Below, piece by piece: positions 14,673 through 30,078 of a stretch of 64,000 bases of DNA. The translations under genes and the position numbers were made by a program. The notes under the pieces are model-generated. The model was not told where the DNA came from. It was given only the letters and a program-made list of their open reading frames with translations, and did not search any database. Position 1 is the first letter of the stretch; every line of letters begins with the position of its first letter. The DNA comes from the human T2T-CHM13v2.0 reference genome, Homo sapiens. Where the stretch lies: assembly GCF_009914755.1 (NCBI RefSeq), contig NC_060936.1, one strand, 5' to 3'.

Positions 14673-15184
14673 TCTCCAGGGAATCTTTAAATAGCCAGGT
14701 AATAAGAATTCTCAGAGTGAATAGTACACTGAATGTGAAAGTGAAGAATGACATCCAGGATAACTTTTCTCTCTTTGTATTCAGGGGGCTCAGTCTATTA
14801 ATAAAGAGATTTTGTCTAACCATGTTCCCCACATATTGCTGTCAATAGAGTAAATTGCTGTTATCCATTTAATGTGATAAGCTCATTATTTCTCACAGCT
14901 TCATCTATCACCCAATCCCATCCTTTCACCTTAAATCTAGACTTCTAATGCCAAACACCTTCTGGATAGAATTTGTGTTTAACTCCACATCTGAGGTTAA
15001 ATTTTAATCTACCCAACGAATGTAGGTTTCCTTCCAACATTGCCTGTTTCTTATTAACACAATCAGTTAGTTACCCTGGCTCAAGAAATTGAGAAGAAAA
15101 TTGGACTTATTTGATCCTTCACTTCATGTTTCTAGAGTCTCCAAATGAAAGTTTCCTTAAAAAACTTTTTCAAGCCTTGTTTTA

Positions 15185-16065
15185 ATCTAGATCCCACACC
15201 AAAGCAGAACAAGAGACCAAGTCTTATATAAAGTTAGTTTATTTGAGAATATAATTATAGAGAACATACATGAGAGGCAGCAGTTTTGACCAGGGAAGGA
15301 GAAAAAAAAATTCAAATCATGCTATTGATGAGCTTCCCCAAGAGCAAGTGTTGCTCAATCTCACAGGATTTTCTGGGGAGCCTTATGAAATAAGTTTGAG
15401 AACTAATAGCTTAGGGACAACAGGGGAAAGCATTTATCCATTGGTCCCCATCCCCATTACTTAAGGTTGGAATTTAAGTAATGCACTTCTGCTTGTGCAT
15501 GAATGAAGGCCAAATGTGGTCCCATGGTGTATTAGTCTGTTTTCATGCTGCTGATAAAGACATACCAGAGACTGGATAATTTATAAGGAAAAAGAAATTT
15601 AATAAACTCACAATTCTGTGTGGCCGGGGAGGCTTCACAATCATGGAGGAAGGTGAAAGGCACATCTCAAATGGCGGCAGAGAAGAGAAGACAGCTTGTG
15701 CAGGGAAAGTCCCCTTTATAAAACCATCAGATCTCATGAGGCTTATTCACTATCACGAGAATAGCATGGGAAAGACCTGCCACCTCCCAGTGGGTCCCTC
15801 CCACAACACGCGGGAATTATGGGAGCTACAATTCAAGATAAGATTTGGGTGGAGACACAGCCAAACCATATCACATGGGTATCCCACACCATGGTACCAG
15901 AGAAGTCTCGTGGCAGAAAATAAGAATTATATGGTCTAGGCCCAAAGTGAGATACCATAAGGCTGGACTGGGGCAAAGCTAATTGAAACATTTATTGGAA
16001 CTTATTAGCACAGCAGTGGCTGGGTAAGAGATGGTCTGAGAGGATAAGAAATGGCCAATATACCC
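15185..16065 (-). mobile_element. ERVL 3' LTR (LTR16-like), interrupted by THE1
   Basis: Adjacent to ERVL internal sequence; PPT-like 'aagggatggg' on the minus strand at ~16440. Confidence 0.65.
15528..15873 (-). mobile_element. THE1 (THE1B-like) solo LTR
   Basis: tgtattagtc...aaaccatatca termini; perfect 5-bp TSD catgg. Confidence 0.95.
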
Positions 16066-16434
16066 TGTCTTAGTCTGCTCAGGCTACTATAACAAAATGC
16101 CATAGACTGAGTGATTTAAACAACAGCAATTTATTTCTCACAAGCATGAAGTCTGGGAAGTCCAAGGTCAAGGTGCCAGACCATTCAGTTCCTGGTAAGG
16201 GTCCTTTTGCTGGTTTTCAGACAGCTGTCTTCTTGCTATATACTCACATGGTGGGATAAAATGAGAGTAAGCTATCCAGTCTCTTCTTATGAGGACACTA
16301 ATTCCATCAACGAAAACCCTACCCTTATGACCTTATCTAAAGTACCTTCTAAAGGCCCCAGTTCCAATACCATTACATTGGGGGCTAGAGTTCAACAAGG
16401 AACTGTGGGAGGATGTAAACATTCAGTCTATAAC
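16066..16434 (-). mobile_element. MLT1A-type solo LTR
   Basis: tgtcttagtc...cattcagtctataaca. Confidence 0.9.
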
Positions 16435-17689
16435 ACAGCCCATCCCTTGCACCATTCAGATCCAAAATGCCTTTTATAAAGTGCAAGCAATCATAGAGTT
16501 CCCCTTCAAGTTCATTTAAGTCACAATCTCTGAAAAGGTTTAGTACCAGTTATTATTGGAACAAATTCCAGTCTTCACTATTGCAGCCAATTTCAAGGTC
16601 ATAATTCATATTTATAATCTCCCTTCTTTACTGTTTATTCTATTCATTTCCCTCACCATTTGTAACACTTTGGCTGGCCTAGGGTTCTTTGCTAGTTGGA
16701 CCCAGACTTTTACACTTGAGAGATCCCAGCTCTTAGTTGAGCTGCATTTGTTATATTTGTCCACTCACATTTTCCCTAGACCTGGAAACACAGATATTCA
16801 CCCCTCATGAACACTGCGATTCCACACACACTCCTTCATGTCCCCATTGCATCTCACCAATCCTAGCACTTCGTAGAAATTAGGGTCAGTCCCTCTCTTA
16901 GAATAGTCATTACTCACCTTGGCTACCGCAATGGCATGGGCAGCCTAAAGTGACCAAGTGGTAGCTGTAGTTTCAACTTAAAGTGAGACAGAGTAAAGGT
17001 TCCACTTTGTCTTCTGGTCAAAACAATCTCTTTCTAGAAATTAACACCATGAATCCTGCAAAACCTGTTTGTGGGGATGGGGAGCACAGATTTCACAAGT
17101 GGGTCACTGGGAATGATAGTGAGATGAGCCAATTCTACTTTTGCCCCTTGGTTCTGGGACCAATGTATTTTAGCTACTCCAGACAGCACCATATAACAGC
17201 CATCGATTGAGTGCATGTATCACATCCAAGAGAACAGCAACCCAACCCATAAGGTATTATACCCAAGTTTTTGTCTTCACTGGGGCCTCTAGTAACCATT
17301 CAATTATTCTGGTTCTAAATGATGAGATATAGACAGACAAGTGGGCTGTGTGTTTATATGCCCATTCTTCAGTCTTCTGTATCATAAAACTAGTCTCCTA
17401 GACTGAGAAAATTTAGTGTAAGAAACCATACAAATATATGTATCAGATGTCTTATAAGCCCTAGGACAATAATGATATTAGCAGTGACCCCAGAGGAAGA
17501 AAAGGCAAATCCGTATGAGAAGGTGTCAATTCATGAGAGGATTAATTTCTGCTCCTCCAGGGAAACTGAGTCTAATATAATCAACCTGCCACCAACTGGC
17601 TATAGCCATATTCTTGAAGAATGGTGTTACAATGAGGGCTTAGCATCATTTTGTGTGCTGGCTAGTTGGCAGTAGTTAGATAAGCTTTA

Positions 17690-18349
<660 letters not shown>

Positions 18350-19019
18350 TCAGATCATGTTTTCTTGCATGCAGAGCGAACTCCCTATTGTTATCTTTGA
18401 AGTTCTGCCTTCCACATGTTTTCTTGGAGCCATCCTTGGATGAACCTATAGTGTAATGATTAACCAGTAAAACTAACATGAAAAAAAAAATCACACCAAC
18501 ATGTCTATGAATCAGGCTCAAATTTCTGATTCCTTTGTCATTTAGTCACAGGGAAGCAAATGATGCCATAGCTATGAGTGGTGGGTAAGAGACTGGTACC
18601 TCACAGATACCTTAGGAGTTTTCCCACCTGTTTGTATAATTTACTACATCTTCTGGAACTTCTCAGGCCCAATATTGAATAGCACATTCATAATGGATCA
18701 TTGCTCTTCCTGCTCAACTTTATGACATAGTAGATTCGATAATATCCAGCTCAGTCCCATAGTCAATTTGTGTTCCAAGATTGTGCATGCAGCCTCTACC
18801 AGAATTCAGTATCATGTCAGGTCAGGAATTATTTTTCAAATGTTCCATAATTCTCTGTTATAGAATGAATGGCCTTGCTCTAGTACACTAGGATTTTTTT
18901 TTTTTTTTTCTGAGAGTCTTCTGTTTAAGTTTGTCTTCTGCAACATACAGGCAACTTGCCAGGACATCTAAAATCCTACCCAGTTCTTCCTAATCATGTC
19001 AAATTACCATTTATGTCAC

Positions 19020-19463
19020 TGTCTTAGTCAGCTTTCTGTTGCTATGACTGAATACCTGGGACTGGGTTATATATGAAGAAAAGAAATCTATTTCTTACAA
19101 TTTTAGAAGCTAGGAAGTCCAATATCAAGAGATCCCATCTTGTGAAGGCCTTCTTGCAGGTGAAGGGGGACTCTGCAGAGCCCAGAGGCTATGCAGGGCA
19201 TCACATGGCAAGGAGGCTTAAGAAAGAGGGCCTATCTGGCTTTTTATAACAGATCCGCTCTTGTGACAACCAACCAACTCCTGTGATAACCCAATGATCT
19301 ATTAATTCATTAATATATTAAGCCATGAATGGACTAATACATTCATGAGGCCAGAGCCCTGATGACCCAATCATCTCTTAAAAGCCCCACCTCCCAATAC
19401 TGTTACATTGGAGATTATGTTTCAATATGAGTTTCAGAGGGCACAAACACTCAAACCACAGCC
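19020..19463 (-). mobile_element. MST-type MaLR solo LTR (MSTB/MSTC-like)
   Basis: 'tgtcttagtcagctttctgttgctat...gggcacaaacactcaaaccacagc'. Confidence 0.85.
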
Positions 19464-20199
19464 AACATAGTGAGCCAACAGGATGTGTTTCAGAATATTA
19501 AAATGATGAAAGTCCCAAAGACTGTTTAGTGACAGAAAGCAGGAGATTTAACATAGCTCTGAGATAAAGCAATAAATGTATATTATTCTTCATCTGTGTA
19601 AGAGTAATCTGCTTTATTTCTCTTACTGAGAGGGACTGAGGGATCACATCCACCAAACCAGTAGTGCCAAGCAGCGGCATACCAAGTGCCAGAGGCTGAG
19701 TTGATCCATTCTTGAAAAGATACTACCTTCAACTTGTAATTTGTATAATCATTTAGTTACTTTTTAGAGTTCATTGTCATATGCCCCGATCTATTGGTTT
19801 TATTCATAGGCTGAACAAGAATTAATTAGTGTTATGAGGGGACTAATAACTTATGCAAGTCTTAAGTATTTAATAGCTGTGTTAACCTCTGAAATTCCTT
19901 TTGCCATGCAGTACGATTTCTGATTACCATCTTTGCTGAAATGGGACAAGGTGGGGATGCAGATTAAGGAGATTTTACTTGGCCTTTCCAAATATAATGG
20001 CTGCTGCTTCATAATCAGGTAGTCAGTGTAAGGTTCTTCCGTCTATAGAGTATATTTATCCAAATTATATATTTAGGTACCTAGGGAATTAACTACAGGG
20101 CTTGTCTAGTTTCTGTAAGATTTATTTGAGATAGACTTCAACCCAAACTCTACTTATCAACTGAAGACAACACAGGAATGAAAGAAATCCCACCTAACA

Positions 20200-20600
20200 G
20201 AACAGATGAGAACTCTAGTAACACTACTATTTAAAAAGGCGGCAAAGAAAAACACTCAGCAAAAGGGACAGAGGAAGAGAGATCAGAACAGAGAATGAAT
20301 GAGAGTAATATGCAACAAACCTAGGAAAGAAAATATTTTAAAGAGAAAGAAGTGCTCACCAATGTGAAATACCACTGAGTATCACAATGGGATAAAGAAT
20401 GAAATGAGGCAAATAGTTGTGGAAAACAGGAAGACATTATTTTCCTTTGCTAGAGCAGTTGAAGCAGAAGAGCAGGAGCAGATGTAGGATCACGGCAGGG
20501 TGAGAAGTGTCTGGAAACTGAGGAAATGTAGGCAATCGAGTTTAAATATTTCAGTAATTTGGCCCTTGGAAAGAGGAAGGGTGAGGGGATGATGGCTTGA
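20200..20600 (-). mobile_element. L2 remnant
   Basis: Purine-rich L2 antisense pattern 'cagcaaaagggacagaggaag...agagcagttg'. Confidence 0.55.
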
Positions 20601-21073
20601 AGAGGAGGAAGAAACAAAGCAAGGTTTTTGTGGTTGTTCCTGCTGCTGTTGTTTAGGATTGGGATGGTATTAATATGTCTTAATCAGATCACAAACATAA
20701 GTCAAAATATAAGAGAGTTCACAGAGATTCTTCTTTATCCCAAAAGTCTCCATTCTTCTAATTAGAAGAATGTTAATGATAAAAAAAAAATCTTCCTATA
20801 GTCTCTTTCTTGTATTAGAATCATTGGTCTCTTATATTGGCTGTTTTCATGTCCTATATCTTAATTTTATTTTCTTATTGCTGGTGGCTTAATGTAGTAA
20901 ATTTTGCAAAACTATTAAATTCTAGACTACAGCATGAGAGAAGAAAGGAATAGTCACAATTACCTGGCCTAAATTGAAGCTGTTCAAATTTGAATTATTA
21001 TTGCTTTTGAGGAGACAGCAGCCTATTTCAGTTTATTGTTCCTTAATATATGACAGCACTGGACAATTAAAGA

Positions 21074-21074
<1 letters not shown>

Positions 21075-21107
<33 letters not shown>
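21075..21107. repeat. (CA)16 microsatellite
   Basis: Perfect CA run. Confidence 0.97.
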
Positions 21108-21109
<2 letters not shown>

Positions 21110-22554
21110 ATGATGGAAACTCTTGTATTGCAAAATGGGATATTCTGGTGTGCCAGAAAAGATTGATTAAGCAATGAACCTCAGACAAAGTGTATGGTTG
21201 TTTCCAAATAATCAGGCCTTTGGGATTATTAAGGTTATAAATGAAAGTAGGTGTCTAATTTCTGATGAATGCATTTACCACTGTGAACACAGATCACCAG
21301 TGTGCACAAGCATACATCTGTGTGTGTAGTACACTGTTTTTAGAAGATCCCATATTCTATAGAAGTTAATTTCCTTTATTGCTTTTTATTCATAGAGTGA
21401 CTCTGAATGTGTTCTCATAGAAATAAATCTGAATATATGTGATGTGTGTTGTGAAGATGTGTGTGAATTCATACAGAAATACGTAGGTTCAGGTATAAAT
21501 GAACATATTTGGGCATATATATTTGTGTTTGCATGTGAAAATTAAGGTTTAGTGACAAGTGCTGAACTCAATTGTGTTGCACTTGTGTCTTTAAATATAA
21601 TAAAACATTTTCTTTTAAATGTTGGAAAATAATTATTAGGCATGTATCATTAACTGATAAAAACATAAATTTCTTAAGAAATGCTATAGCCTTAAAAGTT
21701 ACTAAATTACAAAAAAAATTAAATTGGAGTTATTGAAAAAAAATTGCTCTAACTCAGCCCTCTTTTATAGTAAAGTATTAACTATAAAACATGTGAATCC
21801 AAAATATTATTCTTAAATTGATGTGATATTAATGTATGTTTAGGAAAAATCAAAAGGGAATTCTTCATTGAACAAGGAATCTAGTAACAGCACTTCATAG
21901 AGCCACATCAGGCACCTACAGGCTCATTCTCTATTAAGTTTTTCATCTAACATAGGCTCGCTCTTCAACACTGTATGGACTTTTATGATTCTATAGAGGA
22001 AGAAAATAAAATGGAAGTCAAGGAAGCATTTTTATTAGGCCATTTACTCCTCTTAATATAGTCTTTCCCTTTGAGCATTTACAATAAAAATGGACTTAAT
22101 CTTTTGCCTTCCCATGGGAAGTCTAACAAAAAATGGAATTGTAGAAAGACCACATATATCAAAGTATTTTTAGAAACTGCTCTTTCAGGAAGTGGCTAAG
22201 TTCTATGGCTGATATAATTAAGTCAATCTCAGGGAGCTTCACCATTTTTTGACACCCAGAAGCTTAGCTTTAGCATGAGTTGGAATTTTTTTTCTTTTCT
22301 TATAATGCGCCACTAAATTCTAAGACCATTAGATAATTGTCCTCAATAGAAAGTTCCTGTAATACATTGAAATCATATAATATTTTAGCCACTGGCATAT
22401 CATAAAAATTTATAACCCAAAGACTACATTTATTTCTAATTATATTTGCTTTCCTTAGCCACCAAGATCTAAGTAACAGATAATATTTATATTTCTAACA
22501 ACTGTGTTTTATTTATGCAAGCGAAGAACAGAAATAAGCTTTCATTAAGAAACA

Positions 22555-22705
22555 ACTATGTGCCTGCCACTGTGAAATATGCTTTCACATATATTTCTGA
22601 CTCCTTGCAATAACCCTAAAAGATTAATATCATTAACTCATTTTATAGACAATACAACCGAGAAGTTAGATTCAGATCCAGATCTTTCTGATTGAAAAGC
22701 CCCTA
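22555..22705 (-). mobile_element. MIR
   Basis: 'caataaccct...ctcattttataga...attcagatccagatct'. Confidence 0.6.
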
Positions 22706-22934
22706 CTTTGGACTGACAGAGAGAATGAAGACTTACTTCAGTTTGATTGTCTTGAATGGGCTTCAGTTATTCACTGTTCTCCAAGCCAGCCACACTTGCC
22801 TGAAATTGGATTTCACAGGTTCATTTTACCTCCAACTGAGAATATGGACATCCACAACCCTCAGTGCTGGCCCGTGGAAGTCTCAATGACCCACAAGGCA
22901 TAGGGTTTGTGGCTTTGGTCCTGGTTCATGTATC

Positions 22935-23075
22935 CATCAACCAACCATTATTGAGCACCTAGTATTTTAGGGGCTAGGAAGAAAACAGAAAAAGTTTCAG
23001 CCTTTGTGGATCTTACATTCTATCAGTTCTATGTGTTTAGGTGTAGGGAGATATAGATAAATGCATAAATAAGTC
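22935..23075 (-). mobile_element. L2 3' end remnant
   Basis: 'cattattgagcaccta...cctttgtggatcttacattcta'. Confidence 0.55.
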
Positions 23076-24504
23076 TCTGAATACTCTTTGACCAACATCA
23101 CCAAAACCATACCTGCTTAAGGACTTAAATCTTTTTAAGGTAGGCCTTATGGAAGTTGGGGATATGCATTATTATAGCAATGGATTACCATCTGCCTTGA
23201 CCCATCTACAAACCACCCCAGTTTGTAGTTACCCTGAATAATTTAAGAGTCAAAGGAATAAACCCCAAGTCAAAACCAGTGTCCCCAAAACAGGGGCATG
23301 AGGCGAGGCAAGGGTTAATTGTTGCTCCCAACACAGTGCTGCTCCCATCTTTAATGTGAAGATAAATATGAGAGCGAAAAGGAGAAATCTAAAGTGGTCG
23401 TGATGGGTCTGATTTAAGTGAATGGGAGCCACTTCAAATGCTAACAACATCATTAGGAGCACATAAATAGGCTGCTCATTGTGTCGGTAAAAGCGGTTGT
23501 TCACAGCAGCACAATATTGTTTGAATGTTCGAAACAATCTCTTAATATAACTCCCCACCAATTTTTGTTTTGGTTTAGTGTTTTTAAATCATAGTTCTTT
23601 GGCACCCTGAAGAAAGTCTTGTTCCCATGTGCATTTTTACTTTCTCTCGTTATGTTTTGTCTTTGACCTTCTGAGCGCAGTGGAGAAAACAGACGTGTTC
23701 CAATTCCAGGGCTACTATTTATATGCTAGCTATAGCTATACTTTTTCCAAAAAAAAAAAAAACAACTCTCCGAATCTTGGCTTTTAGGAAGTTCATTTTT
23801 ACTATATGAACAATAACGCCTACCACAGAGTGTTTTGAGAATCAAATGAAACTTAACTTGCCTAAATGCCTAAGTAGGCATCTGGTAAATTTAGCTAAAT
23901 CCCTGGAATATCTGTTCGGTTTCAACACCATATGAATGTAATATTTTACAGAAACTCTTTTTTTTTTTATTTTGCGCCTGATTCAAGTAGATCTTCAATG
24001 AATATTTATGAATTAAATATTTTCAACATAATGCACATAATGAAAGTAACTATGTACAACTTGATGGTTGTCATATTTGGGGCATATCAAATCATTGTAC
24101 CATGAGTGTATTAATTCAGGATCAAAACCCAGTTTTCTTAGTACTTTTTCTCTTTAGAGTGCGGCTCAACACTAGAAGAGCTCTTTAAACATCAGAGCTG
24201 CTCCACAATGGAATGAATTGGATAGTTAGGGGTAAACTCCACATTTCTGCACATATTAACAAAAAGGCTGAATGAACACCTATCAAGAAGGTGGTCGGAC
24301 AGGATTTCCAAATTAGTTGAAATTGGCCCCAAATGACTTCCAAGTTGTCCCCTCTCAATGATCTCATAATACTAAATACATAGTGTTTCATTTAGATGCA
24401 AGTAAGAAAAAAGAAGCTTTGATTTCCTATTGCATATTTCACAGGGGTACTTTGAGCACTACTCCATTCCAAATTCCCTTTATAGAAAATAATAATCCCT
24501 CACA

Positions 24505-24722
24505 ATAAAATTCCCTGCCAAGGCACTATTCTGAGCTTTTTACATATATTAACATATGTAGTTCTCACAAAAACCCTAAGAGGTATGTACTGGTGGTATT
24601 GCTCTGTCACACATAAAGAAAGTGAGGCACAGAAAAGCTAAATTACTTGCCCCAGGTAAAGTAAAAAAGTAATTGTTGGAGCTAGGAGTTGAATCCAGGC
24701 AGTCCAGCTCTGAAGCCCACTA
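24505..24722 (-). mobile_element. MIR
   Basis: 'gaaagtgaggcacagaaaagctaaattacttgccccagg...ggagttgaatccaggcagtc'. Confidence 0.8.
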
Positions 24723-24779
24723 GCATGCAGTACCAAGGGCCTCACATAATAAAATCTGGCTTCTCATAGATCCAGACTT

Positions 24780-24880
24780 TGTCCCACTAATCTAGAAGCA
24801 CTTTGAAGGCAGGGGCCATTTCTGTTTTCATTTACTACTGCACCTACAGTACCTGACATATAATCGTTAATTAATGAATA
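24780..24880 (+). mobile_element. L2 3' end
   Basis: 'ctttgaaggcaggggcca...cacagtacctgacata'-like, ending 'aatgaat'. Confidence 0.55.
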
Positions 24881-25035
24881 ATTTTGTTTCATGTATAAAG
24901 ATTATCACTTATTTTTCATATCTTGTGTCATAGAAAAACATATTGCTTAGCTTTCATACCAAGGTATTATTTACTATTTAGAGGTAAGAAGTGTTTCAGA
25001 AATATTTGTACTGCATTCAGAATCAAAAGACCTTT

Positions 25036-25337
<302 letters not shown>

Positions 25338-25340
25338 GAG

Positions 25341-25552
25341 CCAGGTTCGAGGGTTCAAGCGATTCTCCTGCCTCAGCCTCCTGAGTAGCTGGGATTACAG
25401 ACATGCGCCACCACGCCCAGCTAGTTTTGTATTTTTAGTAGAGACAGGGTTTCACCATGTTGGCCATGGCTATTCTTGAACTCCTGACCTCAGGTGATCC
25501 ACCCGCCTTGGCCTCCCAACGTGCTGAGATTACAGGTGTGAGCCACTGTGCC
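25341..25552 (-). mobile_element. AluS lacking its 3' ~70-80 bp and tail
   Basis: Starts at 'ggttcaagcgattctcctgcc', ends 'gtgagccactgtgcc'. Confidence 0.92.
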
Positions 25553-25559
25553 AATGTGC

Positions 25560-26200
25560 CCCATTTTCTTAGGCTAAAGCCTGAAGTCCTAAACAAGACC
25601 TACAAAACCCTGTGTGATGAAACCCCCAGCAGCCTCACCTGCTGCACCTTGTACCGCTGTGCCTATTGTTCCCTGCCTTTAGTCAATCTCACCGTCATTT
25701 CTTCTTCATGCCTGTGTCATTCCCATGTCAGTGGCTCTGCATGCCATTCCGTTGGCCTAGAACATGCTCTCCTTTCCCCACTGCCATCCTTACCTAGTTC
25801 ATTCCTACTCCACAAAAGCTACTCTCTGACAAAGACACAGTCTCCAACTCCTCCAACTGAGGCACCTTGCATCATGACAGGCTTTCATCATATTCTATAC
25901 ATTTCCATTGTGCAAAGTACCAATATTTTAATTAGCTTATTCAGTTTCTTATTCATTTGTTCAACAGATTCTTGTAAATGAGCACCTATTTTACACTGGG
26001 TACTTTTCTAGTCACAAAATATAGCCATGAACAAAATATACCAAAACTCCTACCTTCATGTATCTTCCATTCTAGTGAGTAACACTAAGTATCCTCACTA
26101 AAATATAAGTTACATATAGTCTGTGACTATTTCTGTCTTATTCACTGATGCATCCCCTAGCACCTAGCACGAATTGTTGCTTATGGTATATTTCAGCAAA
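25560..26200 (+). mobile_element. L2 remnant with a nested antisense L2 end (~25930-26075)
   Basis: 'aagtcctaaacaagacctacaaaaccctgtgtgat'; 'cccctagcacctagcac'; nested 'ttcatttgttcaacaga...gagcaccta'. Confidence 0.6.
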
Positions 26201-26204
26201 AATA

Positions 26205-26640
26205 GCTTGGGTAATGATAGGGAAACAAAGAATCTTAACATTTTAGTGGCTTAAAGCAATGAAGTGTTTTCGCTTTTTTGTTTTGTAAGTCATTCTATAT
26301 GCCCATCAGGTTGACTGGGAATGCTTCCTATATGCCCATCAGGTTGACTGGGAATGCTTCCTATCTTGCCACAGTCATTCAGAAACATGGGCCAGTGGTA
26401 CAGACATTATCTCAAATATTGCCAGTCATGACAGAAGAGAGAGAAAACTATTCAGAGATTTAACCAGTAGTTAAATGACTCCCCAGGGTTTTAGCCAGAA
26501 GTTAAATACTCCAGCTTAGACATGTGCAAGACACTTCCACTTACGAATCACTGCTAAAAACTAGTCATCTCCCCATATGCAACTATAAGTGACTGCAAGG
26601 AAAAGCCATATTTTAATTGACAGCTGTACTACTGGCTATC
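26205..26640 (-). mobile_element. Old MLT1 (J/K/L-like) LTR remnant
   Basis: 'ttagtggcttaaagcaatgaagtgttt...ctaaaaactagtcat'. Confidence 0.5.
26295..26364. repeat. Perfect 33-bp tandem duplication
   Basis: (ctatatgcccatcaggttgactgggaatgcttc)x2 plus ctat. Confidence 0.97.
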
Positions 26641-27375
26641 TCAGATGGAAAACAAGAAATATTTGAGGAAAAGAAGACTGAATAACAATGAACAGTAGTT
26701 GTGATATAGATAAAAGCCCTACCTCTTTGTCTAAAATATACCTGTTCATAGGATGTGCATAGCATGGATAGATTAGGCTAATGATAACATAAGTTTGCAT
26801 TCTTTCAGCTTACAAAGTCTACTGATAGTTTGATTAAACACAACCAAGAATGACAAATTTGCTATCCACAACATATGGAGTAGACATCCTACAGACAAAT
26901 AACTGAGAATTCACAGTATATTAAAAATTGTTTATTCATATGAACTACACCATATTTCATAGGTCAATTTCATTAGACTGGCTCACATGGCTGGTCTGGC
27001 TTAGACACAGTCTACAGAGTTGATTAAAAAGTAAGATTGATTGCACATCTTGTTCTTCTTGCTGACTATAATTTTGTATTTTGCCTGAACATTCAATTTT
27101 CTATGTTTAATTAAAAATTAATTAAAATTTGTTAGAGTATAAATTGCATCTCATCATTTCATTGAATCCTAACTATAGGTCATGCCTCTTAAACGCAGAA
27201 ATGGTCTAACATTTTATTTCAATATGAAGTAGAAGAATTGTCAGGATTATTTTGGTGCCCAGATGGGGATTTGGTATTCGTTTAACTAAATTCTGCTTTA
27301 ATGTAGGGCATGAAAGGAGGCTTTGGGACTTAATTTAGAAGGTTTAGCAAGAGTGATAAGAAAACCCAATAGGAA

Positions 27376-27746
<371 letters not shown>

Positions 27747-28369
27747 CTACAAAATTCTGATGATTATAAGACCTTCTGAAGGAACAATCCACAATACTAT
27801 GTCTTAGATCAGTGCTTCCCATCTGGGGTCCATGGACATACACTCAGGAGCCTAAGAATTCTCTATGTAAATTGTTAAACGTTATGTTTCTATTTGATAA
27901 CAATATATATTGTTCAAATTTTATAAATTCTACATAATCAGGGTGACAAATGACAAATGTTGTCATTTGCCTTTATGTTTGTTATTTCACTGACACCAAG
28001 CAGTACTATAATGCTTTAGTTATTCTAACTATTTAATATAGTAGAGAATAATAAGAGAATAGTGGACTCAAACCAAGTATCATATAAATGATAAGCTAAG
28101 TAAAGGATAGTTTTAAAATAAGAAGATTAACGTCAACATAACTACATAAAACTAAAAAGAACCTGTACTGTCACAGTCAGTACAAAAATACACCCACCAA
28201 ATGCACTGTAGAGTCAGCAAAGATCATCTGCCATGTTAAGGCAATGCTGACAATTTAAATCTTGAGCTTTTTAGTTTTATTTGATTGGTAAATTGTGTTA
28301 TATTCCATATGTACCATAAACATTTGATTTCTTATTCATCTGAGAGTTTATATCTGATTTGACTTCACT

Positions 28370-29180
<811 letters not shown>

Positions 29181-29182
29181 AG

Positions 29183-29479
29183 GGCCAGGCACTGTGGCTC
29201 ACACCTGTAATTCCAGCACTTTGGGAGGCCAAGGCGGGCAGATCAGAGGTCAGGAGATCGAGACCATCCTGGCTAACACGGTGAAACCCCGTCTCTACTA
29301 AAAATACAAAAAAATAGCCGGGCGTGGTGGCGGGTGCCTGTAGTCCCAGCTACTCAGGAGGCTGAGGCAGGAGAATGCCTGGGAGATGGAGCTTGCAGTG
29401 AGCCGAGATCTCGCCACTGCACTCTAGCCTGGGCAACAAAGCAAGACCCCATCTCAAAAAAAAAAAAAAAAAAAAAAAA
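29183..29479 (+). mobile_element. AluY
   Basis: 'gagatcgagaccatcctggctaacacgg', 'gagcttgcag'; TSD aaaagagtgttt. Confidence 0.95.
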
Positions 29480-29559
29480 GAGTGTTTGGTTGTTTGGTAC
29501 ATAAAATAAATAGTATTTGACTAAATAACAAAATCCATCTCTCACTATGTCCAGAACTA

Positions 29560-29830
29560 TATTTCTTAAAGTCTTTGCTAATTTTTATGAGAGGAAAATG
29601 GCATGTTATTATTTTAATTTGCCTCTGTGATTACTCATGGCATTGGACATTTAAATATGTTTATTGGCTATACATAATTTGTCAGGCAATTTCACATACT
29701 GTACTTTGCCTAGTTTTCTGTTGGGAATTTTTTTATTTATTTGTGTTATTTGTATAATCAGAGGAATAATATTATAATCAACTTGTGTATTAAAAATGTC
29801 TCCACTTTGCTCTTTGGCTTTCAATATGTT
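29560..29830 (-). mobile_element. Old L1M(E) ORF2 3' remnant
   Basis: 'aaaatggcatgttattattttaatttgc...atgtttattggcta'. Confidence 0.55.
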
Positions 29831-30078
29831 GTGATTTCTTTGGGTACCCAATGCTCTCCTTTTATGGCATGAAGGCTGTTCAGTGTTTTTCCAGTGGAAG
29901 TTATTAATCATACTTCATCAGTGAATAATCTGAGACTAAGAGAAAAAAAACCTTACAAATGACTCATGTTTGGTAGAATCTGTCTAACTCTAAAATGCAT
30001 ATTCTTTTCACTCTATGTGTCAACTGACTTCCATACAGTTGGAGAAGCACCTTATCTCAACATTTGGCAACAGATAGT

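Noticed and set aside
25457-25981. 174-aa ORF
   Set aside because: Antisense Alu plus L2 read-through
27810-28350. Possible hAT-Charlie remnant with a 10-bp hairpin at ~27946-27969
   Set aside because: Only one TIR-like end recognised; cannot assign
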